64,000 bases of DNA, taken from positions 61,262-125,261 of the forward strand of contig JASMHC010000013.1 in the NCBI GenBank assembly GCA_030750975.1, given 5' to 3'. The position numbers and the translations under genes are program-made. Below the pieces are notes generated by a model that had not been told where the DNA came from, made no database searches, and saw only the letters and a list, made by a program, of their open reading frames with translations. This stretch comes from Paracoccaceae bacterium (GTDB taxonomy: Bacteria > Pseudomonadota > Alphaproteobacteria > Rhodobacterales > Rhodobacteraceae). How positions within the stretch are numbered: the first letter of the stretch is position 1; every line of letters starts with the position of its first letter. Positions 1 through 9,241 of this stretch are shown in pieces.

Positions 1-3000
1 CCGCCGAGGAACTGGTGGATCGGTTGCACGCGATGTTTGGCGACCGGCTTTATATCGAGTTGCAACGCCATCCGGGCGAGGACGGGCAGCCATTGGCTGA
101 ACGCCAGACCGAGCAGGGGTTTATCGAGATGGCCTATGCCAAGGACATCCCTTTGGTTGCCACCAACGACGTCTATTTCCCCAAACCCGATATGTACGAG
201 GCCCATGACGCGCTGATTTGCATCGCCGACGGGGCCTATGTCGATCAGCATGAACCGCGCCGGAAGCTGACGCCTCAGCATTATTTCAAGTCGCAGGAAG
301 AAATGGTGACGCTGTTTGCCGACTTGCCCGAGGCGGTGGAAAACACGGTCGAGATCGCCAAACGCTGCGCCTTCGGCACCTATCGCCGCGATCCGATCCT
401 GCCGAAATTTGCCGACGACGAGGTTGCCGAGCTGCGGCGCATGGCCAATGAGGGCCTGCAAAAGCGTTTGGCGGTGATCCCCCACGCGGTCTCGGTCGCG
501 GAATACCAAGAGCGGCTGGACTTTGAGCTTGGCATAATCGAGAGCATGGGTTTTCCCGGCTATTTCCTGATCGTGGCCGACTTTATCCAGTGGTCGAAAG
601 ATCACGATATTCCGGTGGGACCGGGGCGCGGTTCGGGCGCGGGGTCGCTGGTGGCCTATGCGCTGACGATCACCGACCTTGATCCGCTGGCCTATTCGCT
701 GCTGTTTGAGCGTTTCCTCAACCCCGAACGGGTGTCGATGCCGGACTTTGACATCGACTTCTGCATGGATCGCCGCGAAGAGGTGATCCAATATGTGCAA
801 GAGAAATACGGCCGTGATCGGGTCGGGCAGATCATCACCTTCGGGGCTTTGCTGTCCAAGGCGGCAGTGCGTGATATTGGCCGCGTTTTGCAGATGCCCT
901 ATGGGCAAGTGGACCGGCTGTCAAAGCTGATCCCGGTCGAGGGGGTGAAGCCGCTTTCCATTGCCGACGCCCTGAAGGAAGAACCCCGCCTGCGCGAAGA
1001 GGCCCGCAACGAAGAAGTGGTGGATCGGCTGTTGAATTATGGCCAACAGGTTGAGGGGTTGCTGCGCAATGCCTCGACCCATGCGGCGGGGGTGGTGATC
1101 GGCGACCGGCCATTGGATGCGCTGGTGCCGCTTTATCAGGATCCGCGCTCGGACATGCCCGCGACGCAGTTCAACATGAAATGGGTCGAACAGGCGGGGC
1201 TGGTGAAGTTTGACTTTCTGGGGCTGAAAACCCTGACCGTGATCCAGAACGCCATCGACCAGATTTTGGCCGCAGGCCGCCCGATCCATATCGCCGCTGA
1301 CGGAACCGAGCTTTATGAACCTGCCGAGGGCGCTGAAAACCAGATCAACGCGATCCCGCTGGACGACGAGGCGAGCTATAAACTCTATGCCGCTGCGAAA
1401 ACCGTCGCGGTGTTTCAGGTGGAAAGCTCGGGCATGATGGATGCGCTGCGGCGCATGAAACCCACCTGTATCGAGGACATCGTGGCCCTAGTGGCGCTTT
1501 ATCGCCCCGGCCCGATGGAGAACATCCCGACCTATTGCGAGGTCAAGAACGGGTTGAAGGAACGCGAATCCGTCCATCCGCTGATTGACCACATCCTTGA
1601 AGAAACCCAAGGCATCATCGTCTATCAGGAACAGGTGATGCAGATCGCGCAGGAAATGGCGGGCTATACGCTGGGCGGTGCCGACCTGTTGCGCCGCGCC
1701 ATGGGTAAAAAGATCAAAGAGGCGATGGACGCCGAGCGCCCCAAATTCGAAAAGGGCGCGGCCGAAAACGGGGTGCCGAAGAAAAAAGCGTCCGAGGTCT
1801 TTGACCTCTTGGAGAAATTCGCCAATTACGGCTTCAACAAATCCCATGCGGCGGCCTATGCGGTGGTCAGCTATCAGACCGCCTGGCTGAAAGCCAATCA
1901 TCCGGTTGAATTCATGTCGGGCGTGATGAACTGCGATATTCACCTGACCGACAAGCTGGCGATCTATGCAGAAGAGGTCCGGCGGGGGCTGGATATCGAG
2001 ATCGTGCCGCCTTGCGTGAACCGCTCGCTGGCATCGTTCAGCGTGACGGACCAAAAGCTGGTTTACGGGTTGGGGGCGCTGAAAAACGTCGGTTCGGACG
2101 CGATGCAACTGATTGTGGACGGTCGCGGCGGTAAACCCTTCGCCACGCTTTTTGACTTTGCCCGTCGGGTGGACCTGAAACGCATCGGCAAGCGTCCGCT
2201 TGAGATGCTGGCCCGTTCCGGTGCCTTCGACCAGCTCGACCCAAACCGTCGTCGGGTGTTCGACAGCCTTGATCCGCTGGCCGGCTATTCGGCTGCGATC
2301 CATGAACAGCGTGCCAGTAATCAGGTGTCGCTTTTTGGCGAGGCAGGCGAGGACCTGCCCGAGCCGCGCCTGTCGCCCGTGGGCGACTGGCTGCCCGCCG
2401 AACGGCTGGAAGAGGAACACAAGGCCATCGGCTTTTACCTGTCGGGCCACCCGCTGGATGATTACCTGCCAGCCTTGAAACGCAAGGGCGTGATGACACT
2501 GGACGCCTTGCGCGAAAAGGCCGAGCACGAAGGCGCGGCCATCGCCAAGGTGGGGGTGATCGTCACCGGATTGCAGGAACGCAAATCAGGGCGCGGCACG
2601 CGGTTCTTCCGCATGAACATCTCGGACCCGACGGGACAGGTGGCGGGGATAGCGCTGTTTCCCGATGATGCCGACCGCGTGCGGCAGGTGTTCGACAAGA
2701 CCACCCAAGTGGTGATGACGCTCGAGGCGAAATTCAACGAGGGCCAGTTCGACCCGATCGGCCGCTCGGTTGCGCCGGTTGATTCCGTGGTGGCCGATGC
2801 CGGGGCCTCGGGTCTGCGCGTCATGATCGAAGATCCGGCCGCTGCCGTTCCGGTTGCCAGCCTGCTTGCGCAGGCCTCGGCGGCCAACACCACTGCCGGA
2901 AAAGGGCCGGTGCTGTTCCGTCTTCTCAACCCCACGCTTCCGGGCGAGGTCGATATCGACACAGGCGGGGAATACCCGATCACCCCGCAAATCAAGGGCG

Positions 3001-3044
3001 CGATCAAAAGCATCGAAGGTGTGCTTTTGGTTGAAGAGGTCTGA
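1..3044 (+). CDS. dnaE: DNA polymerase III alpha subunit, C-terminal ~1010 aa (5' end lies upstream of the window)
   Basis: ORF open to the window edge. Pol III alpha core motifs present (GFPGYFLIVADFI, GPGRGSGAGSLVAY, PDFDIDF, NKSHAAAYA) plus a C-terminal OB-like tail. Confidence 0.95.
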   Translation, partial: AEELVDRLHAMFGDRLYIELQRHPGEDGQPLAERQTEQGFIEMAYAKDIPLVATNDVYFPKPDMYEAHDALICIADGAYVDQHEPRRKLTPQHYFKSQEEMVTLFADLPEAVENTVEIAKRCAFGTYRRDPILPKFADDEVAELRRMANEGLQKRLAVIPHAVSVAEYQERLDFELGIIESMGFPGYFLIVADFIQWSKDHDIPVGPGRGSGAGSLVAYALTITDLDPLAYSLLFERFLNPERVSMPDFDIDFCMDRREEVIQYVQEKYGRDRVGQIITFGALLSKAAVRDIGRVLQMPYGQVDRLSKLIPVEGVKPLSIADALKEEPRLREEARNEEVVDRLLNYGQQVEGLLRNASTHAAGVVIGDRPLDALVPLYQDPRSDMPATQFNMKWVEQAGLVKFDFLGLKTLTVIQNAIDQILAAGRPIHIAADGTELYEPAEGAENQINAIPLDDEASYKLYAAAKTVAVFQVESSGMMDALRRMKPTCIEDIVALVALYRPGPMENIPTYCEVKNGLKERESVHPLIDHILEETQGIIVYQEQVMQIAQEMAGYTLGGADLLRRAMGKKIKEAMDAERPKFEKGAAENGVPKKKASEVFDLLEKFANYGFNKSHAAAYAVVSYQTAWLKANHPVEFMSGVMNCDIHLTDKLAIYAEEVRRGLDIEIVPPCVNRSLASFSVTDQKLVYGLGALKNVGSDAMQLIVDGRGGKPFATLFDFARRVDLKRIGKRPLEMLARSGAFDQLDPNRRRVFDSLDPLAGYSAAIHEQRASNQVSLFGEAGEDLPEPRLSPVGDWLPAERLEEEHKAIGFYLSGHPLDDYLPALKRKGVMTLDALREKAEHEGAAIAKVGVIVTGLQERKSGRGTRFFRMNISDPTGQVAGIALFPDDADRVRQVFDKTTQVVMTLEAKFNEGQFDPIGRSVAPVDSVVADAGASGLRVMIEDPAAAVPVASLLAQASAANTTAGKGPVLFRLLNPTLPGEVDIDTGGEYPITPQIKGAIKSIEGVLLVEEV

Positions 3045-3207
3045 AGTCGCCCTAAATTGAACTTATCGCGTGGATTGGACGGCGCGGCTTTGTGCCGCTA
3101 TATTGTTGTAATATTTGGATAGTATCTGACGGGGCAATGCCTGCGAACAGCATTCGTGGACCAAAGGCCCCAAGACCGCGGGAAAGGTGGGTAAAGTGGG
3201 GGATCAG

Positions 3208-4200
3208 ATGACCATTCGCGAAATCACGCGCCAATATTGCACGCGCGATGACCGGCTGGCTGCGGTCAGCTATTTCGGCACGTTCACCGTTTATTTCCTG
3301 ACCTTGTATCTGGCCATCCAGTCCTATGGCACCTGGTGGCTGGCCGCGCCACTTGTCGTGTTGAACGCCCTGTCGGGGGTGCGGCTTTACGTGCTGCAAC
3401 ATGATTGCGGGCATCATTCTCTGTTCTCGGACCGCCGGGCCAATGACTGGGCCGGATACGGGCTGTCGACCTTTACGCTGACGCCCTACCGGATGATGCA
3501 GCATAACCATAACGAGCATCACAAGTTCCTTGGCGATCTTGAAATGCGCCGCTCGGGCGAGATTCACACGATGACCTTGGCGGAATGGCAAAAGGCCGGC
3601 TGGCTGCAGCGGCTGGGCTATCGGCTTTATCGCAACCCGCTGTTCCTGATCCCCATCGGCGGGGTGTTCATCTATGCCATCCGCTATCGCTGGCCCAAGA
3701 ACAGCTGGGCCATTGGGCCGGTCGGGGTGATCATTCATGATCTTCTGCTGGCCGTCTGGATCGGGCTGTTGTTCTGGATGGGCGGCTTTGCGGCATTGAT
3801 CGTCTATTCCAGCACCGTCGCCGTAGCAGCGGTTTTGGGCGTGTTCCTTGTCTATCTTCAGCATAATTTCGAAGACACCTATTGGGAACGCCGCCCCGAT
3901 CTGCGCCATGACGAAGCCGCCCTGAAAGGATCATCCGCGCTTGATCTGGGCTGGTGGTTTGATCTGGCAACGGCCAATATCGCCTATCACGACATCCACC
4001 ATTTCAACGCCCGCATCCCGTCGTACCGACTGCGAAAATGTCATCGTGAAATCCGTGCGACCTATGGGTTGGCAACGATAGAATGGCCCGAGGCATTCCG
4101 CAGCTTCACCCTGAAACTCTGGGACGAGGAAGCCGGGCGGCTGGTGCCGTTTCCAAAGCGGGATCGTTGGATGGGTGCGGGACACTCTGCGAGCGTTTGA
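3208..4200 (+). CDS. membrane fatty-acid desaturase family protein
   Basis: Three histidine boxes (HDCGHH, HNEHH, HDIHH) separated by hydrophobic segments. ATG 3208 is preferred over GTG 3187. Confidence 0.8.
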   Translation: MTIREITRQYCTRDDRLAAVSYFGTFTVYFLTLYLAIQSYGTWWLAAPLVVLNALSGVRLYVLQHDCGHHSLFSDRRANDWAGYGLSTFTLTPYRMMQHNHNEHHKFLGDLEMRRSGEIHTMTLAEWQKAGWLQRLGYRLYRNPLFLIPIGGVFIYAIRYRWPKNSWAIGPVGVIIHDLLLAVWIGLLFWMGGFAALIVYSSTVAVAAVLGVFLVYLQHNFEDTYWERRPDLRHDEAALKGSSALDLGWWFDLATANIAYHDIHHFNARIPSYRLRKCHREIRATYGLATIEWPEAFRSFTLKLWDEEAGRLVPFPKRDRWMGAGHSASV

Positions 4201-4236
4201 TTGTATGACATCGCGCGGAATCAAGGCGAAGCCGCC

Positions 4237-4369
4237 GCGCGAGCGCCGACCCGCCCCATGGGGCGGCGCTATTGTGACCTATCGCCACTCACAGTCGTTT
4301 TTTGAGTTTGAGGGATAAATTGCCCCATTGAGAGCACTCCGAAGCCACCCCGCGGGTCGGCGCTCGCGC
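4237..4369. repeat. 18-bp perfect inverted repeat pair around a 97-nt spacer, between convergent genes
   Basis: GCGCGAGCGCCGACCCGC (4237-4254) is the exact reverse complement of GCGGGTCGGCGCTCGCGC (4352-4369). An inner 14-nt palindrome CGCCCCATGGGGCG lies at 4252-4265. Confidence 0.8.
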
Positions 4370-4383
4370 CCCCCGGCCACGCT

Positions 4384-4590
4384 TTAGTAATGCGGCGGTC
4401 TCTCGTCGCCCATCACCACAGCCACGCCTTCCGCCGCCTCGCGCTGGGCTTCGCGCTCCATCAGCAGCTGCACTTTTCGGGTCAGCATGGCGATTTCATC
4501 GGCCTGACGGGCAACGATGCCCGAAAGCTCTTCGACCTCGCGGGTCAGGTGGGCGGCGGTTTCTTCCAACTCGGTGATACGTGTCTCCAT
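4384..4590 (-). CDS. slyX: SlyX family protein
   Basis: 68-aa coiled-coil protein ending in PPHY, the typical SlyX length and C-terminus. Confidence 0.75.
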   Translation of the reverse strand: METRITELEETAAHLTREVEELSGIVARQADEIAMLTRKVQLLMEREAQREAAEGVAVVMGDERPPHY

Positions 4591-4701
4591 ACCGCCCCGA
4601 TAGCACGGGCCAATGCGCCCATCCAGCCCTTGTGTGCTTGCCCCCTTGCGGCCAACGGGCTACACCGCGCCGGAATGACCAGCCCAAGCCGGAAAAGCAC
4701 C

Positions 4702-6174
4702 ATGGCCAAGCAAAAGAAACAACCCCGCCCCAAGGCGCAAACGCCAAAAGGATTTCGCGACTACTTCGCCCATGAAGTGACCGAGCGCAGCGACATGCTC
4801 GGCAAGATCGCCGGGGTCTATCATCGCTACGGGTTTGACGCTTTGGAAAGCGCGGCGGTGGAAACGGTCGAGGCGCTGGGCAAGTTCCTGCCCGATGTGG
4901 ACCGCCCGAACGAAGGGGTGTTCGCCTGGCAGGACGAGGACGACACATGGATGGCCCTGCGCTATGACCTGACGGCGCCTTTGGCCCGCGTCTATGCGCA
5001 ACATCGCAACGATCTGCCAACGCCCTATCGCCGCTACGCGATGGGACCGGTCTGGCGCAACGAAAAGCCGGGACCGGGGCGCTATCGTCAGTTCTATCAG
5101 TGTGACGCGGATACGGTGGGTACGGCGTCGATGGCGGCGGATGCCGAGATTTGCGCGATGTTGGCGGACACCTTGGAAGAGGTTGGGATTCCGCGTGGCG
5201 ATTACCTTGTGCGGGTCAATAACCGAAAGGTTTTGAACGGGGTGCTCGAGGCGATGGGCGTCACCGACGAAGCCCAAGCCGCCGACGTTCTGCGCACCAT
5301 CGACAAGTTCGACAAGGTGGGCGAACAGGGCGTTCGCGAATTGCTGGGCAAGGGCCGTTTGGATGCCTCGGGGGCGTATATTGACGGCGTTGGATTAAGT
5401 GACGAACAGGCCGAACCGGTGCTGGCTTTCCTGACCGCCAAGCGGGCAACAAATGCCGATACGCTGTTGAAACTGACGGTCGCGGTCGAAGGTTCGCAGA
5501 TCGGCCAAGAGGGGATCAACGAATTGCAGTCTATCGTCAATCTTCTCGAAGCCCAAGGATATGGCGAAGACCGCATCGTCATTGACCCCTCCTGCGTCCG
5601 GGGCCTCGGCTACTACACCGGTCCCGTCTACGAGGCTGAACTCACCTTTGAAATCCTCGACGAAAAGGGGCGCAAGCGGCAATTCGGCTCGGTCGCTGGA
5701 GGGGGCCGCTACGACGGTCTGGTCAAACGCTTCACCGGTCAGGAAGTTGCCGCAACCGGTGTTTCCATCGGCGTTGACCGCCTTCTGGCGGCCCTGCGCG
5801 AAAAAGGCCGGATCAAGTCGCAAGACCAAGGCCCCGTTGTCGTCACCGTGATGGATCGCGACCGGATGGCCGACTATCAAACCATGGTGGCCGAGCTTCG
5901 CAATGCGGGCATCCGCGCCGAGGTCTATCTGGGCAACCCGAAGAATTTCGGCAACCAGCTCAAATACGCCGACAAGCGCAATTCTCCGATTGCCATCATC
6001 GAAGGCGGGGACGAGAAGGAAAACGGGATCGTCCAGATCAAAGACCTCTATCTGGGGGCCAAGATCGCCGAAAGCGCCAGCCTTGAGGAATGGAAGGGCA
6101 ACCCCAGCCAGTTCGAAGTGCCGCGCGATCAGATGGTCGCCAAGGTGCGCGACATCCTTGCAGGGCAGGACTGA
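4702..6174 (+). CDS. hisS: histidine--tRNA ligase
   Basis: Class II aaRS HisRS motifs ([31 protein letters not shown]). ATG 4702 chosen because the upstream ORF extension is antisense to slyX. Confidence 0.9.
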   Translation: MAKQKKQPRPKAQTPKGFRDYFAHEVTERSDMLGKIAGVYHRYGFDALESAAVETVEALGKFLPDVDRPNEGVFAWQDEDDTWMALRYDLTAPLARVYAQHRNDLPTPYRRYAMGPVWRNEKPGPGRYRQFYQCDADTVGTASMAADAEICAMLADTLEEVGIPRGDYLVRVNNRKVLNGVLEAMGVTDEAQAADVLRTIDKFDKVGEQGVRELLGKGRLDASGAYIDGVGLSDEQAEPVLAFLTAKRATNADTLLKLTVAVEGSQIGQEGINELQSIVNLLEAQGYGEDRIVIDPSCVRGLGYYTGPVYEAELTFEILDEKGRKRQFGSVAGGGRYDGLVKRFTGQEVAATGVSIGVDRLLAALREKGRIKSQDQGPVVVTVMDRDRMADYQTMVAELRNAGIRAEVYLGNPKNFGNQLKYADKRNSPIAIIEGGDEKENGIVQIKDLYLGAKIAESASLEEWKGNPSQFEVPRDQMVAKVRDILAGQD

Positions 6175-7262
6175 TGGTCAGCCGAACTGAAACCCGCGCT
6201 GAAGCGTTGCGTCTGCGGCGATTGTTCGAACAGGCCGGAGCAACAGCGATCGAGGCGGATATTCTCCAGCCTGCCGAGGTGCTTCTTGACCTTTATGGCG
6301 AAGATATCCGGGGCCGCGCCTATGTGACCTCGGACGCCCTGCGAGGCGAACAGATGCTGCGCCCCGATTTCACGGTTCCGGTTGTGCGGGCGCATATGCA
6401 GGACGGCGCGGAACCGGCCCGGTATACCTATGCAGGCGAGGTGTTTCGCCAGCAGGAAAGCGCCCCCGAGCGGGCGAATGAGTATCTGCAAACGGGATAC
6501 GAGGTGTTTGACCGCTCAAATCCCGAAGCTGCGGATGCCGAAGTGTTCAGCCTGATCCGTTCTGCGCTTGGTGATTTGCCACATCGCGCCGCGACAGGCG
6601 ATATCGGGTTGCTGATGTCTGCGGTCAGCGGGTTGAACACCACCGAGGCCCGCAAAGCCGCCCTGATGCGCCATATCTGGCGGCCCAAACGGTTCCGCTG
6701 GTTGCTCGACCGGTTTTCAGGGCGCCTTCCGGTGCCGGAAACCCGTGCGGCCCTGCTGGCGTCGGATGACCCCCGGGCAGAGGCTGGTCCGATGATCGGG
6801 CTGCGCAGCGGTGCCGAAATTGACGCGCGGATTTCTGCTTTGCACGAGGATGCCCGCGCGGCCCCGATCAGCGAAGCCGAGATCAGCCTGATCGACGCGC
6901 TTTTGTCGGTTCGCGAAAGCCTGCCAAATGCGCTGGGGCATCTGCGCGACATCGCCGTGGACCTGCCCGCGATTGAACCGGCGGTCGAGCGTCTGTCCCG
7001 CCGGATCGGGGCGCTGGCCGACCGGGGCGAAGAGGTCGAGAGGCTTGATTTCGAAGCCAGCTATGGACGCACCTCGATGGAATATTACGACGGTTTCGTT
7101 TTCGGCTTCTATGTCGAGGATCGTGCCGACCTTCCGCCGGTCGCGACCGGCGGGCGCTATGACGCGCTGACCCGCGTGCTTGGCAAGGGCGACGCCATTC
7201 CTGCGGTCGGGGGCGTGATCCGGCCCGGATTGCTGTTGGAACTGGAAAGGGGCGAGGCATGA
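6174..7262 (+). CDS. hisZ: ATP phosphoribosyltransferase regulatory subunit
   Basis: HisRS paralogue without an anticodon domain (GGRYD near the C-terminus). Its ATG overlaps the hisS stop (TGATG), and it is followed by a short-form hisG. Confidence 0.85.
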   Translation: MVSRTETRAEALRLRRLFEQAGATAIEADILQPAEVLLDLYGEDIRGRAYVTSDALRGEQMLRPDFTVPVVRAHMQDGAEPARYTYAGEVFRQQESAPERANEYLQTGYEVFDRSNPEAADAEVFSLIRSALGDLPHRAATGDIGLLMSAVSGLNTTEARKAALMRHIWRPKRFRWLLDRFSGRLPVPETRAALLASDDPRAEAGPMIGLRSGAEIDARISALHEDARAAPISEAEISLIDALLSVRESLPNALGHLRDIAVDLPAIEPAVERLSRRIGALADRGEEVERLDFEASYGRTSMEYYDGFVFGFYVEDRADLPPVATGGRYDALTRVLGKGDAIPAVGGVIRPGLLLELERGEA

Positions 7263-7948
7263 TCAAGCTGGGTGTTCCGTCCAAGGGGCGGCTGATGGAG
7301 AAGACCTTTGACTGGTTCGGGGCAAGGGGCATCACCCTGAGCCGCTCGGGGTCGGACCGCGAATATGCCGGTGCGGTCGAAGGTATTCAGGGCGTGCAGC
7401 TGGTGCTGCTGTCGGCGGGGGAAATCCCCCGCGAACTGGCGGCGGGGCGCATTCATCTGGGCGTGACCGGCCAGGACCTGATCCGCGAAAAGCTGGCCGC
7501 GTGGGACACCCGTGTCGAGGAACTGGCCGAGCTGGGCTTTGGTCAGGCCGATCTGGTGATCGGCGTGCCGTGCGCCTGGGTGGATGTGGATACGCTTGAT
7601 GATCTCGATGCAGCAGCAGCGGCCTTTCGCAAGGTCCACGGGTTCCGGCTGCGCATTGCCACCAAGTACCACCGTCTGATCCGCGACTATCTGCGCGATC
7701 ACGGGGTGGCGGATTATCAGCTGGTGGATTCCCAGGGCGCGACCGAAGGCACGGTCAAGAACCTGACGGCGGAAGCGATTGCCGACATAACCTCGACCGG
7801 AGAAACCCTTCGGGCAAACCACCTGAAGATACTGGCGGAAGAGCCGGTGCTGCGCTCGCAGGCGACGTTGTTCCGCAGCCGCTTGGCCGATATGGACGAC
7901 GCCGAGCGCAAGGCTTTGGCGGCTTTGAAGGAAAGGCTTGGGGTATAA
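7259..7948 (+). CDS. hisG: ATP phosphoribosyltransferase, short form
   Basis: 229 aa starting MIKLGVPSKGRL. ATGA overlap with hisZ. The short HisG form requires HisZ. Confidence 0.9.
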   Translation: MIKLGVPSKGRLMEKTFDWFGARGITLSRSGSDREYAGAVEGIQGVQLVLLSAGEIPRELAAGRIHLGVTGQDLIREKLAAWDTRVEELAELGFGQADLVIGVPCAWVDVDTLDDLDAAAAAFRKVHGFRLRIATKYHRLIRDYLRDHGVADYQLVDSQGATEGTVKNLTAEAIADITSTGETLRANHLKILAEEPVLRSQATLFRSRLADMDDAERKALAALKERLGV

Positions 7949-8273
7949 GCGATGGGCGGGGGCACGCACCGGCCACGCAGCCGTGGTAAGGGGCATTCCC
8001 CCGACAGCACCGAACGCAGCCCCAACCCGTTCTTAACGCTTGGCATGAGATAACCCTTTCCGACGTCACAACGGGTCATGGCCTAATTAGCTAGCGAAAG
8101 CGAGGATGCGAACGGGCCGCCAGACCACCGATAGATCGACAGGTGCAAAGGGTGAATGCCCTTTGATACTGGATGACCCCGCTTCCGGCGGGCCCGCCAA
8201 TTTCCTTCGAGATGCAATGACAAGCCCTGATACGCTGCCCCCTGCCAGAGAACGCTCTGAGCGGGGCGTTTGT

Positions 8274-8331
8274 GATGGGTGCAGAGCACCCATCCTACGG
8301 GTGGCTGTAGGATGGGTGGTTTCCACCCATC
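8274..8331. repeat. inverted doublet of 25-nt REP hairpins
   Basis: GATGGGTGCAGAGCACCCATCCTAC (8274-8298) and GTAGGATGGGTGGTTTCCACCCATC (8307-8331). The first is the exact reverse complement of the REP at 55447-55471. Confidence 0.85.
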
Positions 8332-8713
8332 ACTCCGCCCGGACCGGTCTGGGTCTGCCGTCCTCGTCTATCGCCACGAAGGTGAATGTTCCTTCGGTCA
8401 CTTTCTCATGTTCACCGATGACCGAGCGCAGCACCCAGGCCTCGATGCCGACCGCCATGGACGAGGTGCCGATCCGCTCAAGCCGGGTATAGACGCAAAG
8501 AATATCGCCCATTTTCACCGGCCGGATAAACTTCATCGCATCAACCGCCACGGTCGTCACCCGCCCCTTGGCGGTTTCGCGTGCCAGAATGCCGGCGGCG
8601 ATATCCATCTGCGACAGCACCCAGCCGCCGAAAATATCGCCGTTTACATTCATATCTGCGGGCCGGGCCTGAAGGCGCAGGGTCAGCTCTCCGTTCGGGG
8701 TGTCCTTGGTCAC
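8330..8713 (-). CDS. hotdog-fold acyl-CoA thioesterase (YciA-like)
   Basis: Motif region MNVNGDIFGGWVLSQMDIAAG...TVAVD. GTG 8713 is preceded by AGGAGA. The longer ORF start would overlap the upstream gene. Confidence 0.75.
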   Translation of the reverse strand: MTKDTPNGELTLRLQARPADMNVNGDIFGGWVLSQMDIAAGILARETAKGRVTTVAVDAMKFIRPVKMGDILCVYTRLERIGTSSMAVGIEAWVLRSVIGEHEKVTEGTFTFVAIDEDGRPRPVRAE

Positions 8714-8723
8714 GATCGCTCTC

Positions 8724-9152
8724 CTATAAAACGCCGATATCGGCCAATGCCCCTGCCAGTTCCGGCGGCAGGGCGTCTTCATCGGCACGGCCCTCGGGCA
8801 GGTCGGCGGGGCTGTCCTCGGGCCTGAGATAGCGCCAGCCCTGAAACGGGCGTTTGGTGGCCTGCACGGTGCGGTGCAGTTCAGGTTCCAGCACGATGGC
8901 GCAGCGGCGGATGCCATCGCTGCCGATCACCTCGTCCAGCCGCAGGATGCGCTGGCGGCATTGTATGACACCCTTGATCACCCAATAGATCGACCCGCCG
9001 TTCAGCACCTCTTTCTCGCGCTTCGGCCACATGCGGGTGACATGGCGCGGCAGCCCGTCCGGTCCTTGCGCACGCGGGTTCTGGTGCCATTCGGCCAGCC
9101 CCTCGACGCTTTCTGTGCCGACGCTGAGTTTGATCAGATTGGTGGTGGCCAC
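8724..9152 (-). CDS. conserved hypothetical protein (DUF1489-like)
   Basis: N-terminus NLIKLSVG...VEGLAEW resembles the DUF1489 family (~140 aa). GTG 9152 with GGGGA upstream is preferred over ATG 9203. Confidence 0.5.
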   Translation of the reverse strand: MATTNLIKLSVGTESVEGLAEWHQNPRAQGPDGLPRHVTRMWPKREKEVLNGGSIYWVIKGVIQCRQRILRLDEVIGSDGIRRCAIVLEPELHRTVQATKRPFQGWRYLRPEDSPADLPEGRADEDALPPELAGALADIGVL

Positions 9153-9165
9153 AAGAATCCCCTTA

Positions 9166-9213
9166 TTGCCGGATATTGTGCTTTGAATGGAGACAGGCTT
9201 CAAGGTATTGTGT
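9166..9213. promoter_or_regulatory. candidate tandem NrdR boxes upstream of nrdJ
   Basis: Two 16-mers, TTGCCGGATATTGTGC (9166-9181) and CTTCAAGGTATTGTGT (9198-9213). Their right halves match the NrdR palindrome half TATTGTGT, and their centres are 32 bp apart. Confidence 0.35.
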
Positions 9214-9241
9214 CATCTCCACCTAACCGAGGGATACGCCA

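Noticed and set aside
4390-4701. 104-codon N-terminal extension of the hisS ORF
   Set aside because: It is antisense to the well-supported slyX gene. The HisRS homology and a Lys-rich N-terminus begin at ATG 4702.
7949-8273. Possible two-piece tmRNA (ssrA) or SRP RNA in the hisG-thioesterase gap
   Set aside because: No T-arm-like GGTTCGA..CC sequence followed by an acceptor end CCA. Candidate tag frames (…FASSLSLAN*, ANGPPDHR*) do not resemble alphaproteobacterial ANDN…AA tags. CCGGAAGCGG only superficially resembles the SRP GGAA motif. Left as an unassigned non-coding region.
8724-9203. Longer 159-aa version of the DUF1489-like ORF starting at ATG 9203
   Set aside because: It would consume the nrdJ divergent promoter region, including the candidate NrdR boxes. 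The family-like sequence starts at NLIKLSVG, and GTG 9152 has a better-placed GGGGA.
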